From Octopus vulgaris (Eukaryota), in contig OX597823.1 in the NCBI GenBank assembly GCA_951406725.2, positions 38,336,001 through 38,398,000 on the forward strand: a stretch of 62,000 nucleotides of DNA, read 5' to 3'. Made by a program: the position numbers and the translations under genes. Below are positions 51,073 through 62,000 of this stretch, one piece after another; within the stretch, counting starts at the first letter, position 1; each line of letters opens with the position of its first letter. The notes under the pieces are model-generated. The model worked only from the letters and a program-made list of their open reading frames with translations. It ran no database searches and had not been told where the DNA came from.

Positions 51073-52951
51073 TAATATAAAAACAAAATTGTAACAAAGT
51101 GAAAAATATAAATATTGTATATATAATTCAAATGTTAAAGAAACCTCTGACTCGCTCTGTTTAATTTAGTTAAATTTGTTTTAAATTAGTTTTTATTTAA
51201 TGAGAAATTGTGGATAGTCTGGGATTTATTCAAACAATGCAGGTCCCTTATATTTTATGATCCCAACTTTATAAAATCCATCTGTGTGAACAAACAAACA
51301 TAGGCATGTGTGTGCTTACAGAGAGAGGGGTGGGGGAGAAAGCAAAAAGAGAAGGTAAAATATTTGTAAATTATTTTTATTCCTGTTATGCTTTTGTTCT
51401 GGCTTGCAACAAACTTCTATTTTAATGTTATGAAATGAAGAAAAGATACAAAACAAAACAAACTGAAAATTGAAAGAAAACACTTGATTACAAATGTAAA
51501 ACTATTCACTTCATCTTTTGTGTGAAACTACTTCAAAAGAAAGTTTACTCCTTTCATGTACACTTAAACATAAACATATTCTGCTATTTATTGAAAATTT
51601 CTCATAGCAATAGCCAGTAATCAATATGTTGAACCCTTCTCAATACCTTAATCTTTTAAATCTGTAAATCTTCCACTTAATACTGTTTGGTAAATTTCTT
51701 TTGACCAATATTGCATCCAACCACCTTAGGGGAAGAGCAGTGATCAATACACTTGTGCCCCATTTCAGTAATGCTTTTAAAAGCATGGTATGTCATGTGA
51801 AGTTGCACAATGAAGTTAGTCCTTTCTAAAAGACAAAACCTATTTTAAAACTGAAAATTTAATGAAATATTAACAAAACTGTGCAAAAGATATTTCACAG
51901 GAAAATTACAGACATTTTGTACATCTGTCTGGTTTATTAAATCATCATAGTAGACATCAACAGTTCAAAGATAGGATCTACATATATAATATTTTAATAT
52001 CTATATACACTTACCTGCAGTTAATTTTACATTCAAATTACTATAAAAAATTCTACATCAGCTATTTTCATGATCATATCTTAGTTTAACCATTCAGTTT
52101 TAATAATAATGTGAACATTTGAAACACTTTTTTCCTTTTTAAGTTTAGTTAGCTTCAAAATCTTATTTTACTATTTGCTAATATATTTTCAGAGCAACTT
52201 TCTCAGCTATTGTTTTGTAGTTTGTTATTCTATTTCTGTATCTGAGATTGAAATTTCATTTATAGTAAGATTAACGTCACTGACTTTACTTTTTGTGTAT
52301 ATATTTACATCATCGTCATTGTCATCCTCGCTGTTGCTGTCACTGTCTTTTAATTCTACTCAAAATAATACTGACTTTTTTCCTCCTTACCACTGACAGC
52401 CATCTGATTCTCTTCATAGTCTGTCCACTGTCCTTCCTTATGTTAATTGTTATCTTTTCCTGTTTGTTTATCTATTTGGTCAGTAACTAAGCATCTCAGA
52501 TCTCAATATAAGTAGACCAAATCACATTTATACACAATGCTGCGGGCAAGATTAAATTTGTGATTTACTGTTGAAAAGACTATTTTGTTGATCGCTTGCA
52601 TACAATATTGATCTTTAGTCTTTAGTTAACTCTTTCTACATCCATCTCAATTATGGAATGGAAACATAGGATTCTTTGAAAACAGTTCGAATAGAACTGT
52701 TTTCAAAGAAAAGCTTTAGTGAAAATATATAAAAATGCATGAATATTATGGGTTAAAACTGTCCTGTAACATCTGAGAAGTTTCCTTGATATATGTTCTG
52801 AAAGCAGGATGTAGGCAGGAAATAAGTGTTGTATAGTATTTACTGATAAACACTAGCTCCTGGTTCAAAAAAAGGATTAGTTAAATCTTAGCAGTATATG
52901 ATGAAAGGCAAATGGACAACAATGCAAGATGAAACTAAAGACTGCTTGCTC

Positions 52952-52990
<39 letters not shown>

Positions 52991-53580
52991 TGCACACATT
53001 TAAACTTGAGTACAAGAAAACATCATTGAAATAGGATATATAATGAAATGGATTAAAAAAAATTATAAGCTATATAAGAAAATTTAAAAAGTAAACAAAT
53101 GTAAGCAGAAAATATATTTAAATTGACAAAATTAAAAGAAAATAATTTCTTCAAAGAAAACAAATATTTACAAAAGATCATGTATCTTGTTTAATGTTTA
53201 TTATCTTATTCCTTTATCTTTCTGCAAATTACCTATCTTTGTTGCGTATTTTAAGCTGAGATTATTAAAATTAGTTTGATTCTCTTTAATGTAAAATAAG
53301 CAAAAATATATTTTGATTGTTATATAATGAAGTCAGATAAATTCTATGTTGTTACTTAACAAATTTACAGACAAGATCAGTCAACTAAAAAATATATATA
53401 ACTTACACTAAAGTTGCTGATGTAATTTAAAATCTTGACATCAAAATCACTTTCATCTCTTCAATTTATAAACATGTTTATAATCGGTATTATGTTATGT
53501 ATTGTCAAGTTTTGATATTAAAAAACATTTTAAATTTACATAATTTTGAACCTCTGATCTGGTATAGAGATGCTGTAATT

Positions 53581-54070
53581 GTTGTTTAACCCCAGGTCAA
53601 ATCTGATCATATAGACCTATGATCAAAGTGTTGAAGCTATTACCATCCTGTCTCATTTTCTGATAATATATCCAATATCAAATGTGTTCTTTTAGAAGAT
53701 AGAGTATGGTTTGAGTGGAAATTAGCTGCTATTTACATAACAAATTGAGCATGCATTTAGTGATGTTTTTGTAAATGTTTTTACTCATAGAGAACCTTTG
53801 AAATACACATCTCTCAAGGAACTCCTACATAAAAATTACATTTTTAGGAGTTATTTTTAAGTAGATTCATGAAACTTTTCTCCTATTTGTTAGTTCATGT
53901 ATTGTTGTTTAGCCTCCTAGTCAGCCTGGATTGACAAGATAAACCTATTCCAACCATGGCCACCTTGTCTTTTATTCAGACATAATATATTTAGGACTTC
54001 ATTATCATATATGTTTTTCCTCTTTTTAAGACAAGTGTGTAATTTGATTAAGATTTGACTGCTATGTTTT
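53581..54070 (+). repeat. Unclassified interspersed repeat, two adjacent degraded copies; relatives near 43790-43950, 44650-44760, 56710-56860 and 57670-57840
   Basis: Shared motifs acctatgatcaaag..tt..ag...t.accatc and gtg.gatttgag.gagattt..ctg.tattt. Confidence 0.55.
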
Positions 54071-54802
54071 GCAGGTCAAGCAACTATGTAGAAGCTTTGG
54101 TGTTAACTTGTTTAGTTCATATTGTTCATTATGTTGTGCTTCAGAAACCTTTGCTCTTTGGAACTTGCTAGAATTATCATCCAACTCCTTATCTGCTGTA
54201 TTTAGTTTTCCATATCCTACCACCTTTATTGCCCTTCTCTCTGCACCTTTCTGCTTCTCTTTATATTTTACATTAACAAGTCAGCATAGTCTGTCTTGGA
54301 ATTACATTTAGCTACATTTTACCTGCCAGTCATTGATCTTCTCCCCTCCATTACTTCTTTTACAAAATAATTAATACCACTCATCCATTCCTTCCGAGTC
54401 GTCTGCTCCTTTTAGAAACATTTGAAAGGAAATGGAAACTAACAAATAAGACAGATGATAGAAAGAAGAAAGAAAGAACTAACTGAGAAAACAGAAACAA
54501 CTCGGTTGACCAAACAGCAGAATATAGAGAGCTGACTTTGAAACTCAGTTATGTTTGTTTGAGTTTAGAGGAAGATCTTTATATAATAGCAGACATATCT
54601 TTAGGAAAATTATAAGTTTTCAACAGTAGTGTTATGTTGGATGGGCAACAACACCTGTCTTATTTCATAACCAGAAGATATATTTGACAGAAGTTGATAA
54701 ACATAGAAACAAAAGGACACTTTTTTCTGTATATATGTGGTGTAACTATTTGAGTGTATTCCAGTTCACTTCTATTATAGCCAATATCTGAAATTATACT
54801 GT

Positions 54803-54931
54803 TTGAAATTTTGGCACAATGCCAGCAATTTTAAGGAGAGGGGATTTAGTTTATTACATGAACTCCAGTACATGGCAGGTACTGAAAGGATGAAAAGCAA
54901 AGTGGACATCAGCAGGATTTGAACTCAGAAC
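54803..54931 (-). mobile_element. Headless SINE family A fused to an RTE tail
   Basis: Minus strand starts gttctgagttcaaatcc directly after the (GAT)n tail. Confidence 0.78.
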
Positions 54932-54932
54932 T

Positions 54933-56555
54933 CATTGATCACCATCATCATCATCATTATCATCATCATCATCATCTGCTTTCCATGCTGGCATAGGTTG
55001 GACAGTTTGACTGAAAACTGGTAAGTTGGAGTTTGGGGCCTGTACCAGGTTACAATCTGATTTGGCTAGATTTCTATAACTGGATGCCTTTCCAATGCCA
55101 ACCACTCTTAGAGTGTAGTGGGTGCTTTTTATGTGCCACTGGCATAGGTGCCATTGACCTGACACTGGCATCAGCCGCAACTATGGTCTCACTTGGCTGG
55201 ATAGGTTAACACAAGCGCAGTATATTGCCAATGGTCTTGGTCACCTGTCACTGCCTCCATGAGGTTTCACTTGGTCTTCACAAGCACAACATATTTCCCA
55301 ACAATTGAAGAGTGCTTTTAATGGGCCAGTTACATGACACTGGCATTGGCCACGACTATGATCTCACTTGGCTTGATGTCATTGCCTCCGTGAGGCCCAA
55401 TGCATGAACAGTACTTTTTACATGCCACTGGCATGGGTGCCAGTCAGACGGCACTGGCATCGGCCATGACTATAATTTCACTCAGTTCGACAGGTCTTCA
55501 CAAGCACAGCATATTGCCCAATGATTGAAGGGTGCTTTTAGTGGGCCAGTTATGCAACACTCCCATCAGCCACAACTACGATCTCACTTGGTTTGATGGG
55601 TCTTCTCAAACATGGCATATCTCCAAAGGTCTAAGTCTTGTCATTGCCTCTGTGAGGCCTAACATTCGAAGATCATGCTTCACCACCTCATCTGGTGTCT
55701 TCCTGGGTCTACCTCTTCCACAGGTTCCCTCCACCATTAGAGTGCAACACTTCTTCATACAGCTGTCCTCATCCATACGCATCACATGTCCATACAAGTG
55801 CAGTTGTCTCTCTTGTATACCATATTTGATGCTTCTTATGTCCAACTTCTATCTCAGGACACTTACACTCTGTTGTGCATGCATACTGACATTACACATC
55901 CAGTGGGGCATACTAGCTTCATTTCTTACAAGCTTACACATGTCCTCAGCAGTCACAGCCCATGTTTCACTGCTGATGGCATGGCTGTTTGCACACAAGC
56001 ATCATACAGTCTGTTTTTCACTCTTTTGTTACCAGCAGAGGTAGGAGCTCTCTGAACTTTGCCCAACCTATTCTTATTCTACCAGCTATGCTCTCAGAGC
56101 ATCCACCCCTGCTGCTGACTTGGTCACTTAGATAATAGCAGCTATCAACTACTAGTTTTTCCCTTGGCATGTAATGGAATCTATTTGTGCATTTTCAGTG
56201 TTTATTGTACCTGTGCACCTTCCATACAAAAAAAAAACTATTTTTCCTGTTAACCTTCCTCTGATATTGCTGCACCTCTTATGTGTCCATAGCTTACACC
56301 GGGTACATCTTATGGAGTTTCTACCTATACCTTTTCTACAGATCAAGCAGGGATTTGTGATTTGTCTGCTTTCCTACTTACTAAGACTTTGGTTTTTTGC
56401 TAGGTTAAATCTAAGGCCCTTCAATTCTAGATCTTGTTTCCACACCTGAAACTTCTTCTCTTGTTCTGGTAGTGATTCAGCTATAAGAGCAAGGTCATCA
56501 GCATAGAGGAGTTCCCAGGGGTAACCTGTCTTGAATTCCTCTGTTATTGCCTAGA
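54933..56555 (-). mobile_element. 5'-truncated RTE-clade LINE (RT domain, Cys-rich finger, C-terminus, repetitive 3' UTR, (GAT)n tail)
   Basis: PWELLYADDLALIAES near 56480-56525, VNLAKTK, ICRKGIGRNSIRCTRCKLWTHKRCS, LYGHVMRMDEDSC...GRGRPRKT; stops and frameshifts present. Confidence 0.92.
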
Positions 56556-57221
56556 GGCAAGTATTTGTGCACTGATTATAGTATTTCTGTTGGTTGGTTT
56601 GGTTAGATACGTTATGGTAGCTAATTTGGTGCATCTAACTTTTGAGGTAAATTTCTAACAAGATAGAATGTGTAAGAAATACATCTGGAGCCAATGAAGG
56701 ACCAGTAGTTGTTATTTAGCTCCAGGTCAACACTTCACTATGAAAATTCCATCTTTTTAGATACATCTGTGACTACACTATCCATTATTATCCTTCCTTG
56801 TTTTAGACAGTGAACTTTGATTTGTTAGAGGTTTGACTGTTATTTCTTGTGACCATGTGCAAACAAACTACCAATAATATCCTTTAGTTACATCACTTGA
56901 TTTCAATCTTTCTCCTTAAGAATGTTAAAGAAAACAACACAAGTGAAATAATCAACATTGTTGTTTTTAGTATTCTTTTTTATCAAACAAAGGCCTGTTT
57001 ATTAACTTTTGTAAGAGAAAGGTAGTATAGACAGTTGAATCAGCCTGAAAAATAAAAATAACAATGTTGATGAATGATAATAGGTCAACTTTCTCTTGGG
57101 GTTGGTTTATACGCAATACATTATATCAAAGAGTGTGAGTAGGCTGATGATGGTTTAGTTGTTAGAATACCTTTAAACCAGTTGAGAGATTTGTAGTTGG
57201 TATCCTCTTATCTTCTACTGT

Positions 57222-57400
57222 TTATTTGTTTCAGTCATTTGACTGTAACCGTGCTGGAACACCATTTTGAAGGGTTTTAGTCAAACAAATCAACCCAAGG
57301 ACTTATTTTTTTAAGCCTAGTATTTATTCTATTGGTCTCTTTTGCTGAAGTGCTAAGTTTCAAGTGCATAAATACACCAACACCAATTGCTAAGCAGTGG
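57222..57400 (-). mobile_element. SINE family B, with a 3' tail resembling the CR1/L2-group LINE tail
   Basis: + strand tgtttcagtcatttgactgtaaccgtgctggaacacc; the body has a taagcctagtatttattctat segment. Confidence 0.72.
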
Positions 57401-57404
57401 TGAC

Positions 57405-57570
57405 ACACACACAGTGGGTTTCTTTCAGCTTTTGTCCACCAAATCCACTCACAAGGCTTTGATCGGTCCTAGGCTATAGTAAAAGACACTTGCCCAAGGT
57501 GCCATGCAATGGTACTGAATCTAGAATCAAGTGATTAGGAAGCACACTTGTTACTACACAGCCATGCCTA
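57405..57570 (-). mobile_element. tRNA-derived SINE, family C (CORE-like ccttgggcaagt segment), 3'-truncated at (GT)n
   Basis: Minus strand ggcatggctgtgtagtaac...gattcagtacc...ggcaccttgggcaagtgtc...gccttgtgagtggatttgg. Confidence 0.8.
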
Positions 57571-59700
57571 TGTTATTCATATTATATCAATAGTCAAGAT
57601 GATTTAGCTCCTAAAGACTATGTTTGCCTATCTTACTTTTGCTGTTGTTTTGCTCTCTGGTTACTCCTGATTCAGAAACCTATGAGCAAAAACATTTCAG
57701 CCTTGATCACGTGGTCTCTTTGTATATCAGGATCTAAATAAGTTCATCTTTTCTTTTTTTGATATATGGTAATGGTTTTTGAGAGACATTTGGTTGTTAC
57801 TTTTAATCTAGCAACAAATCATGTGGAGGCTTTCTTCTAAGCCTATATCATCAGTGGTGTTACAGTATTGTAATTGCCTTTTTTTTAAAACATGAAAATA
57901 TACTTTGAACAAAGTTTACTTGCTACTTTTTATTTTGACGCATTAAAATACTTGCCATCAGCTTGTGATTATTTGAAATTCAATTTAAATATGATTACAG
58001 AATGATTATGAAACATCTGGTCCAGCTTTTACTGCTTCTACCATTTTCACCAATCTTCCTACAAAACAATCCATTTTTTTTACTGTAATATGATTTTAAA
58101 ATATACTTATCTTGCGTTTAGCAAATGTTTATTTAAATACTTAGGGAATTATGTTAATATACATTTACTTGCTAATTTAATTTGTTTTATTTTCTAGTTA
58201 AATTGATTACTGTACTTATGAGATTTTTACTGTATTAATTTGAGCAGGTTTTGCTTTCTATTGTTCCTGAGATTTGTAGTTCTTTAGAAGTTTATCTGTA
58301 TTTTTATTTTCCCAGGGAGAGTATAATCCACTTCAGTTCCATGTGTTGCCCAGCTTGCTTAATAGATCTAAAGAAATTCACTTGTTTTTCTTATTTTTCT
58401 GTTAACTCCCCCCACTCCCACCACTACCACTGTCTGTGATAAATCCATAGAAGTGGTGATAAAGCAAGCACATGTAGGTCTGCTGCTGTAAATCCCTAGA
58501 TGGCCCAAACATAGAATGGACTAAGGGTGCATCACACTCCTACTTGAAATAAGTGTTTGAACAAAGTGAAGATGGAGCAGTAAGCACATTATTTGGTTTG
58601 GCCTGACTTTCTCTTGTAATGTTAAAACCAATATGCACATAATTTTTTATTGTATTCAAATATTCTCTTACTGGTCTCGATAGAAAAGTTTGCTAGTTTT
58701 CAGAAGATAAGGATTACAAACAATACAATATATTTCAATTATTTACAGTATATCTAATTTGTTGAGGTTTGATATCTTATAGTTTGTTTCATTCTAACAA
58801 TTCCCTTTCTAAAATGTTGTGTTATTTAAAATTTCCTTATTGACACTAGACTACTATTCTAAGCTTTATATATATCAATTTTTTTTTATGGAAATATCTT
58901 CTGTTCTTATCAGAATTTTTGAAAAGTTATAAAATTTGAATTAAGAATTTTATAAAAAATCTAACAAGCTTATTGATTTTATTGATCACCTAACAGAAAT
59001 GCTTGCCAGCAAGATAATTTGATTTGAATTTGCATAACACTCTTAAATAACAAATCCTTGTCCTGGAAATTCTCTCACTGGTAATTTATAAAGAAACTCT
59101 TCTTTCCAATGTTGTAGAAATATATAACCAGTTTTGAATTGTGATGAGTTGGTGTAACATGTCAAAAGAAAACTTCTCAACATCAACATGAGATATTTAG
59201 ATAAGTGTAGGAGATAAAACAACAGCAAAAAAGGACTACTAGTACTTTAGTCATTGACATTTCTGCTTTAAAAAGTAGTCATGGTGTAGATTTCAATAAC
59301 TGATTTTTCTGATAACTCTTATGAGGAAATACAATATGTTGATATTCTTTTCTTTAATATTTGTTAGCCTGCATAGGAGGAGCAGTACTTATGAACTGCA
59401 CAGTTCTTAACAGATTAGCAAAGCAAATTTTTAATAGCAACAGGAGGGAGAGAGAGAGAGAAATGACACTGTTCAGTGGAAATTTGGTACTGGAGGAGAA
59501 CAGGCAAGTCTATCAGGTAGTGTGTCTTACTTTTGGAATGTCTGTGTGAGGGGTGGTGGCTGTGTGATGTGTACTTTTAACAATGTATTAGTTGCCTGAA
59601 CTTGTTTAGAAGTCTTTTATAACTCTAAAGACATTTACAACACTTCATTGTGATAGAGAAAAGTTTGTTATGAAAATAATATGGGGTAACTTATGAGCTG

Positions 59701-59792
59701 AGAAAAGGGGAGAGAGAGAGAGGGTGGGGAGAGAAAGAGAGAGAGAGGGGGAGAGAAAGAGAGAGAGAGGTTGGGGAGAGAAAGAGAGAGAT
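59701..59792. repeat. Polypurine tract with higher-order ~20-24-bp units (AG runs broken by GGGG)
   Basis: Direct reading. Confidence 0.85.
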
Positions 59793-60336
59793 AAAATTTG
59801 TAGCAATTATAGTTGTTTGGATAATATTTTGAGAGCTGCAAGCTGAAGATTTATTTCCTGAGATATCATCCCCCCTCCTCACCCCCTCCACCACCATCGT
59901 TTGCAGAGAGTAAATAGAGCATATTGTATGTCTGCCCAATGGGGATGTACAGGTATGGAGAAGATGTTAAAGTTATGTGTGGAAACTGATGGAGATATGT
60001 TGAAGAATACCAATGAAATAGGATTAAGAGTAGCTTAAAGTGTCAGCAAGTAGACCATTGGAGAATTTTGGTGCTGTACTTCAGTCTATGAATTCCATCA
60101 ATACAAACTGCAAAAGCTTCTAATTGGTTCTGCTTTTTATACTTGACACGGTCAATGGTTTTCCTAGTGTCACAGATAGCATTGATTTCCCTAAAGTTTA
60201 CAAGTATCAGCGTTCTTTCCTACCTTTGTATTTACAAAATTCTGATTTTACTGACCTTGTACTGGTAGGTTTCTGAAGAGAGACAGAGATTCAAGATAGT
60301 GTGGAGGAGGTGATAATTTTGAATGATTGTTTCTAC

Positions 60337-60500
60337 CATCATCATTTAGCATATATGTTCTATGCTAGCATAGGTTGGATGCTTTGACAGGATCTGATGG
60401 GCCCATTGAACTCCACTGTCTGCTTTGACATGGTTTCCATAGTTTAATGCCCTTCCTAATGCCAACCACTTTACGGCATGTACTGGATATTTTTTGCATG
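60337..60500 (-). mobile_element. RTE-associated tail fragment
   Basis: catcatcatttagc...atgctagcataggttggatg...cttcctaatgccaaccac. Confidence 0.75.
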
Positions 60501-60708
60501 TCACCAGCTGTAATAAAGTCACTAAACAGCTTGCAAGACTACTAGTGGTGGGTCGTTTTATGGTAGGAATAAGGAGTAAAAGTATGCGAGAAGACGCCTA
60601 ATTTTCTAATTTCTTTATTTCTTACCACATTACCAAAAGTATTAAATTAAATTTTATTGGTGTACATTTTCAAATTGAATTATATTCGATGTCATTATAT
60701 TTTATAAA

Positions 60709-61137
60709 GGCAGTGAACTGATAGAATTGTTAGCACATTGAGCAAAATACTTAGTGGAATTTCATCTGCCTTTATGTTCTGAGTTCAAATTTTGCTACGG
60801 TCGACTTACAGGGCTGATAAAGTAAGTACCAGTCAAGTACTGGAGTTGATATAATCGAATTACTCCACTTCCCCGAAATTATTGGTCTTGTGCCAAAATT
60901 TGAAACCAATATTCTGATTAAGATGGTGAGCTAGCAGAATCATTAGCACGCTGGGAAAAATGTTTAGCAACATTTTGTCTGTCTTTACATTCTGAATTCA
61001 AATTCTGCAGAGTTCTATTTTATCTTCCATCCTTTCGGGATTGATAAAATAAGTACCAGTTGAACACTGTGATCAATGTAATCATCTTACCCCCTGCCCC
61101 AAAATTGCTGGCCTTGTCTCAAAATTTGAAATCAATA
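60709..61137 (+). mobile_element. Head-to-tail dimer of SINE family A (60709-60911 and 60922-61137); a third degraded copy at about 61275-61475
   Basis: Two consecutive head/B-box/central/tail sets, each followed by aatattctg. Confidence 0.82.
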
Positions 61138-61778
61138 TTCTGCTTCTATGTTCTGAGTTTGTGACATTGATGTGTCCTAAATTTGTGACTTTGATGTGTC
61201 TGTATTAGAAATGATTATCTATATTTTATGATATTTATATATCATATATTTTATACGTCTATTATTTTATTTAAGGCAGTTGGACTGGCAGTGGTATTTA
61301 GTTAATGCCTTATGATATTTAGTTTAAAACCCTTTACATTCTGAGTTTAAATCCTGCTGAAGTTGATGTTACCTTTCATCCTCCCAGTTAAATAATGATG
61401 TTGAGATAATCAATTCTTCCTTGCCTCCCACCACCTACATTTCTGGCTGTGTGCTTGTGTAACAAATTATATTCTATGATATTTTTAATTCTGGGTTTTT
61501 AATCCCTCACATCCACATCTTAGATATTGATTTATTCTAGCAGATTAGAATCATTTTCCTTCACAAGTGAATTTTTTGCTATAAAAAAATCTGTGCTTTA
61601 TTGAACAGAGAACAACTTTAGTTGAATTTCATGTTGTGTTAATATAACAAAGAGTAGAGTATTACTTTCTTTTTTTACATATGTGGAAGAATGGTACAGC
61701 TGAGTAATTTGTATGGGTTTATTAGCTTTGCATTGATGTGGATTGTTGAATAAGCTTTATGAAGATATTTGTTTCGAA

Positions 61779-61935
61779 TCATCATTTAGCACCTGCATGG
61801 GTTGGATAGTTTGACCAGATCTGACAAGCCAGAGGACTGTGCTGAGCTCTTATGTCTGCTTTGGCTTGATTTCTATGGTTGGATGCCCTTCTTAATGCCA
61901 ACCACTGCACAGTGTACTGGGTGCTTTTTGTAGTC
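61779..61935 (-). mobile_element. RTE-associated tail fragment
   Basis: atcatcatttagcacctgcatgggttggatagtttgacc...ggatgcccttcttaatgccaaccac. Confidence 0.78.
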
Positions 61936-62000
61936 ACGAAGTAACTTGTAATATAAGACCTCCTCAACTGAGTGTGGATGTAGTATTGCGATAGATAATT

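Noticed and set aside
52005-52030. Minus-strand CTGCAG|GTAAGT
   Set aside because: A-rich upstream sequence and no coding frame; about one such match is expected by chance

Overview
AT-rich, CpG-depleted animal DNA that is almost entirely intronic or intergenic. The repeat families (RTE LINE 3' ends with (GAT)n tails and several tRNA-derived SINEs) look like those I recall from octopus, so a cephalopod origin is an inference, not something I could verify. One host gene is visible on the + strand: a start-codon exon (29275-29438, CDS from 29316) and an in-phase 66-nt exon (45541-45606) encode the unidentified low-complexity N-terminus MSLTDSVEDK...GDKENSLTTQ, and the gene continues past the window. 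The rest is transposon debris: a ~2.7-kb CR1/L2-group LINE, L1/Tx1-type ORF2 and ORF1 fragments, about ten RTE LINE pieces, three mariners (one full-length with TIRs), a DD37D (maT) fragment, two non-autonomous Helitron/Helentron-type elements beside a Helitron helicase remnant, many SINEs and microsatellites. Structure not explained by these features: (i) four fold-back hairpins with unrelated arms (84, 52, 70-80 and ~31 bp) but similar 23-30-nt loops, three of them at or around microsatellites; (ii) two RTE (GAT)n tails fused to a headless SINE at nearly the same SINE position; (iii) a LINE/SINE shared 3' stem-loop with compensatory changes; (iv) two Helitron-type copies with shared ends but different interiors. 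I found no CRISPR array, rRNA or true tRNA gene, and no new protein-coding system that I can support.
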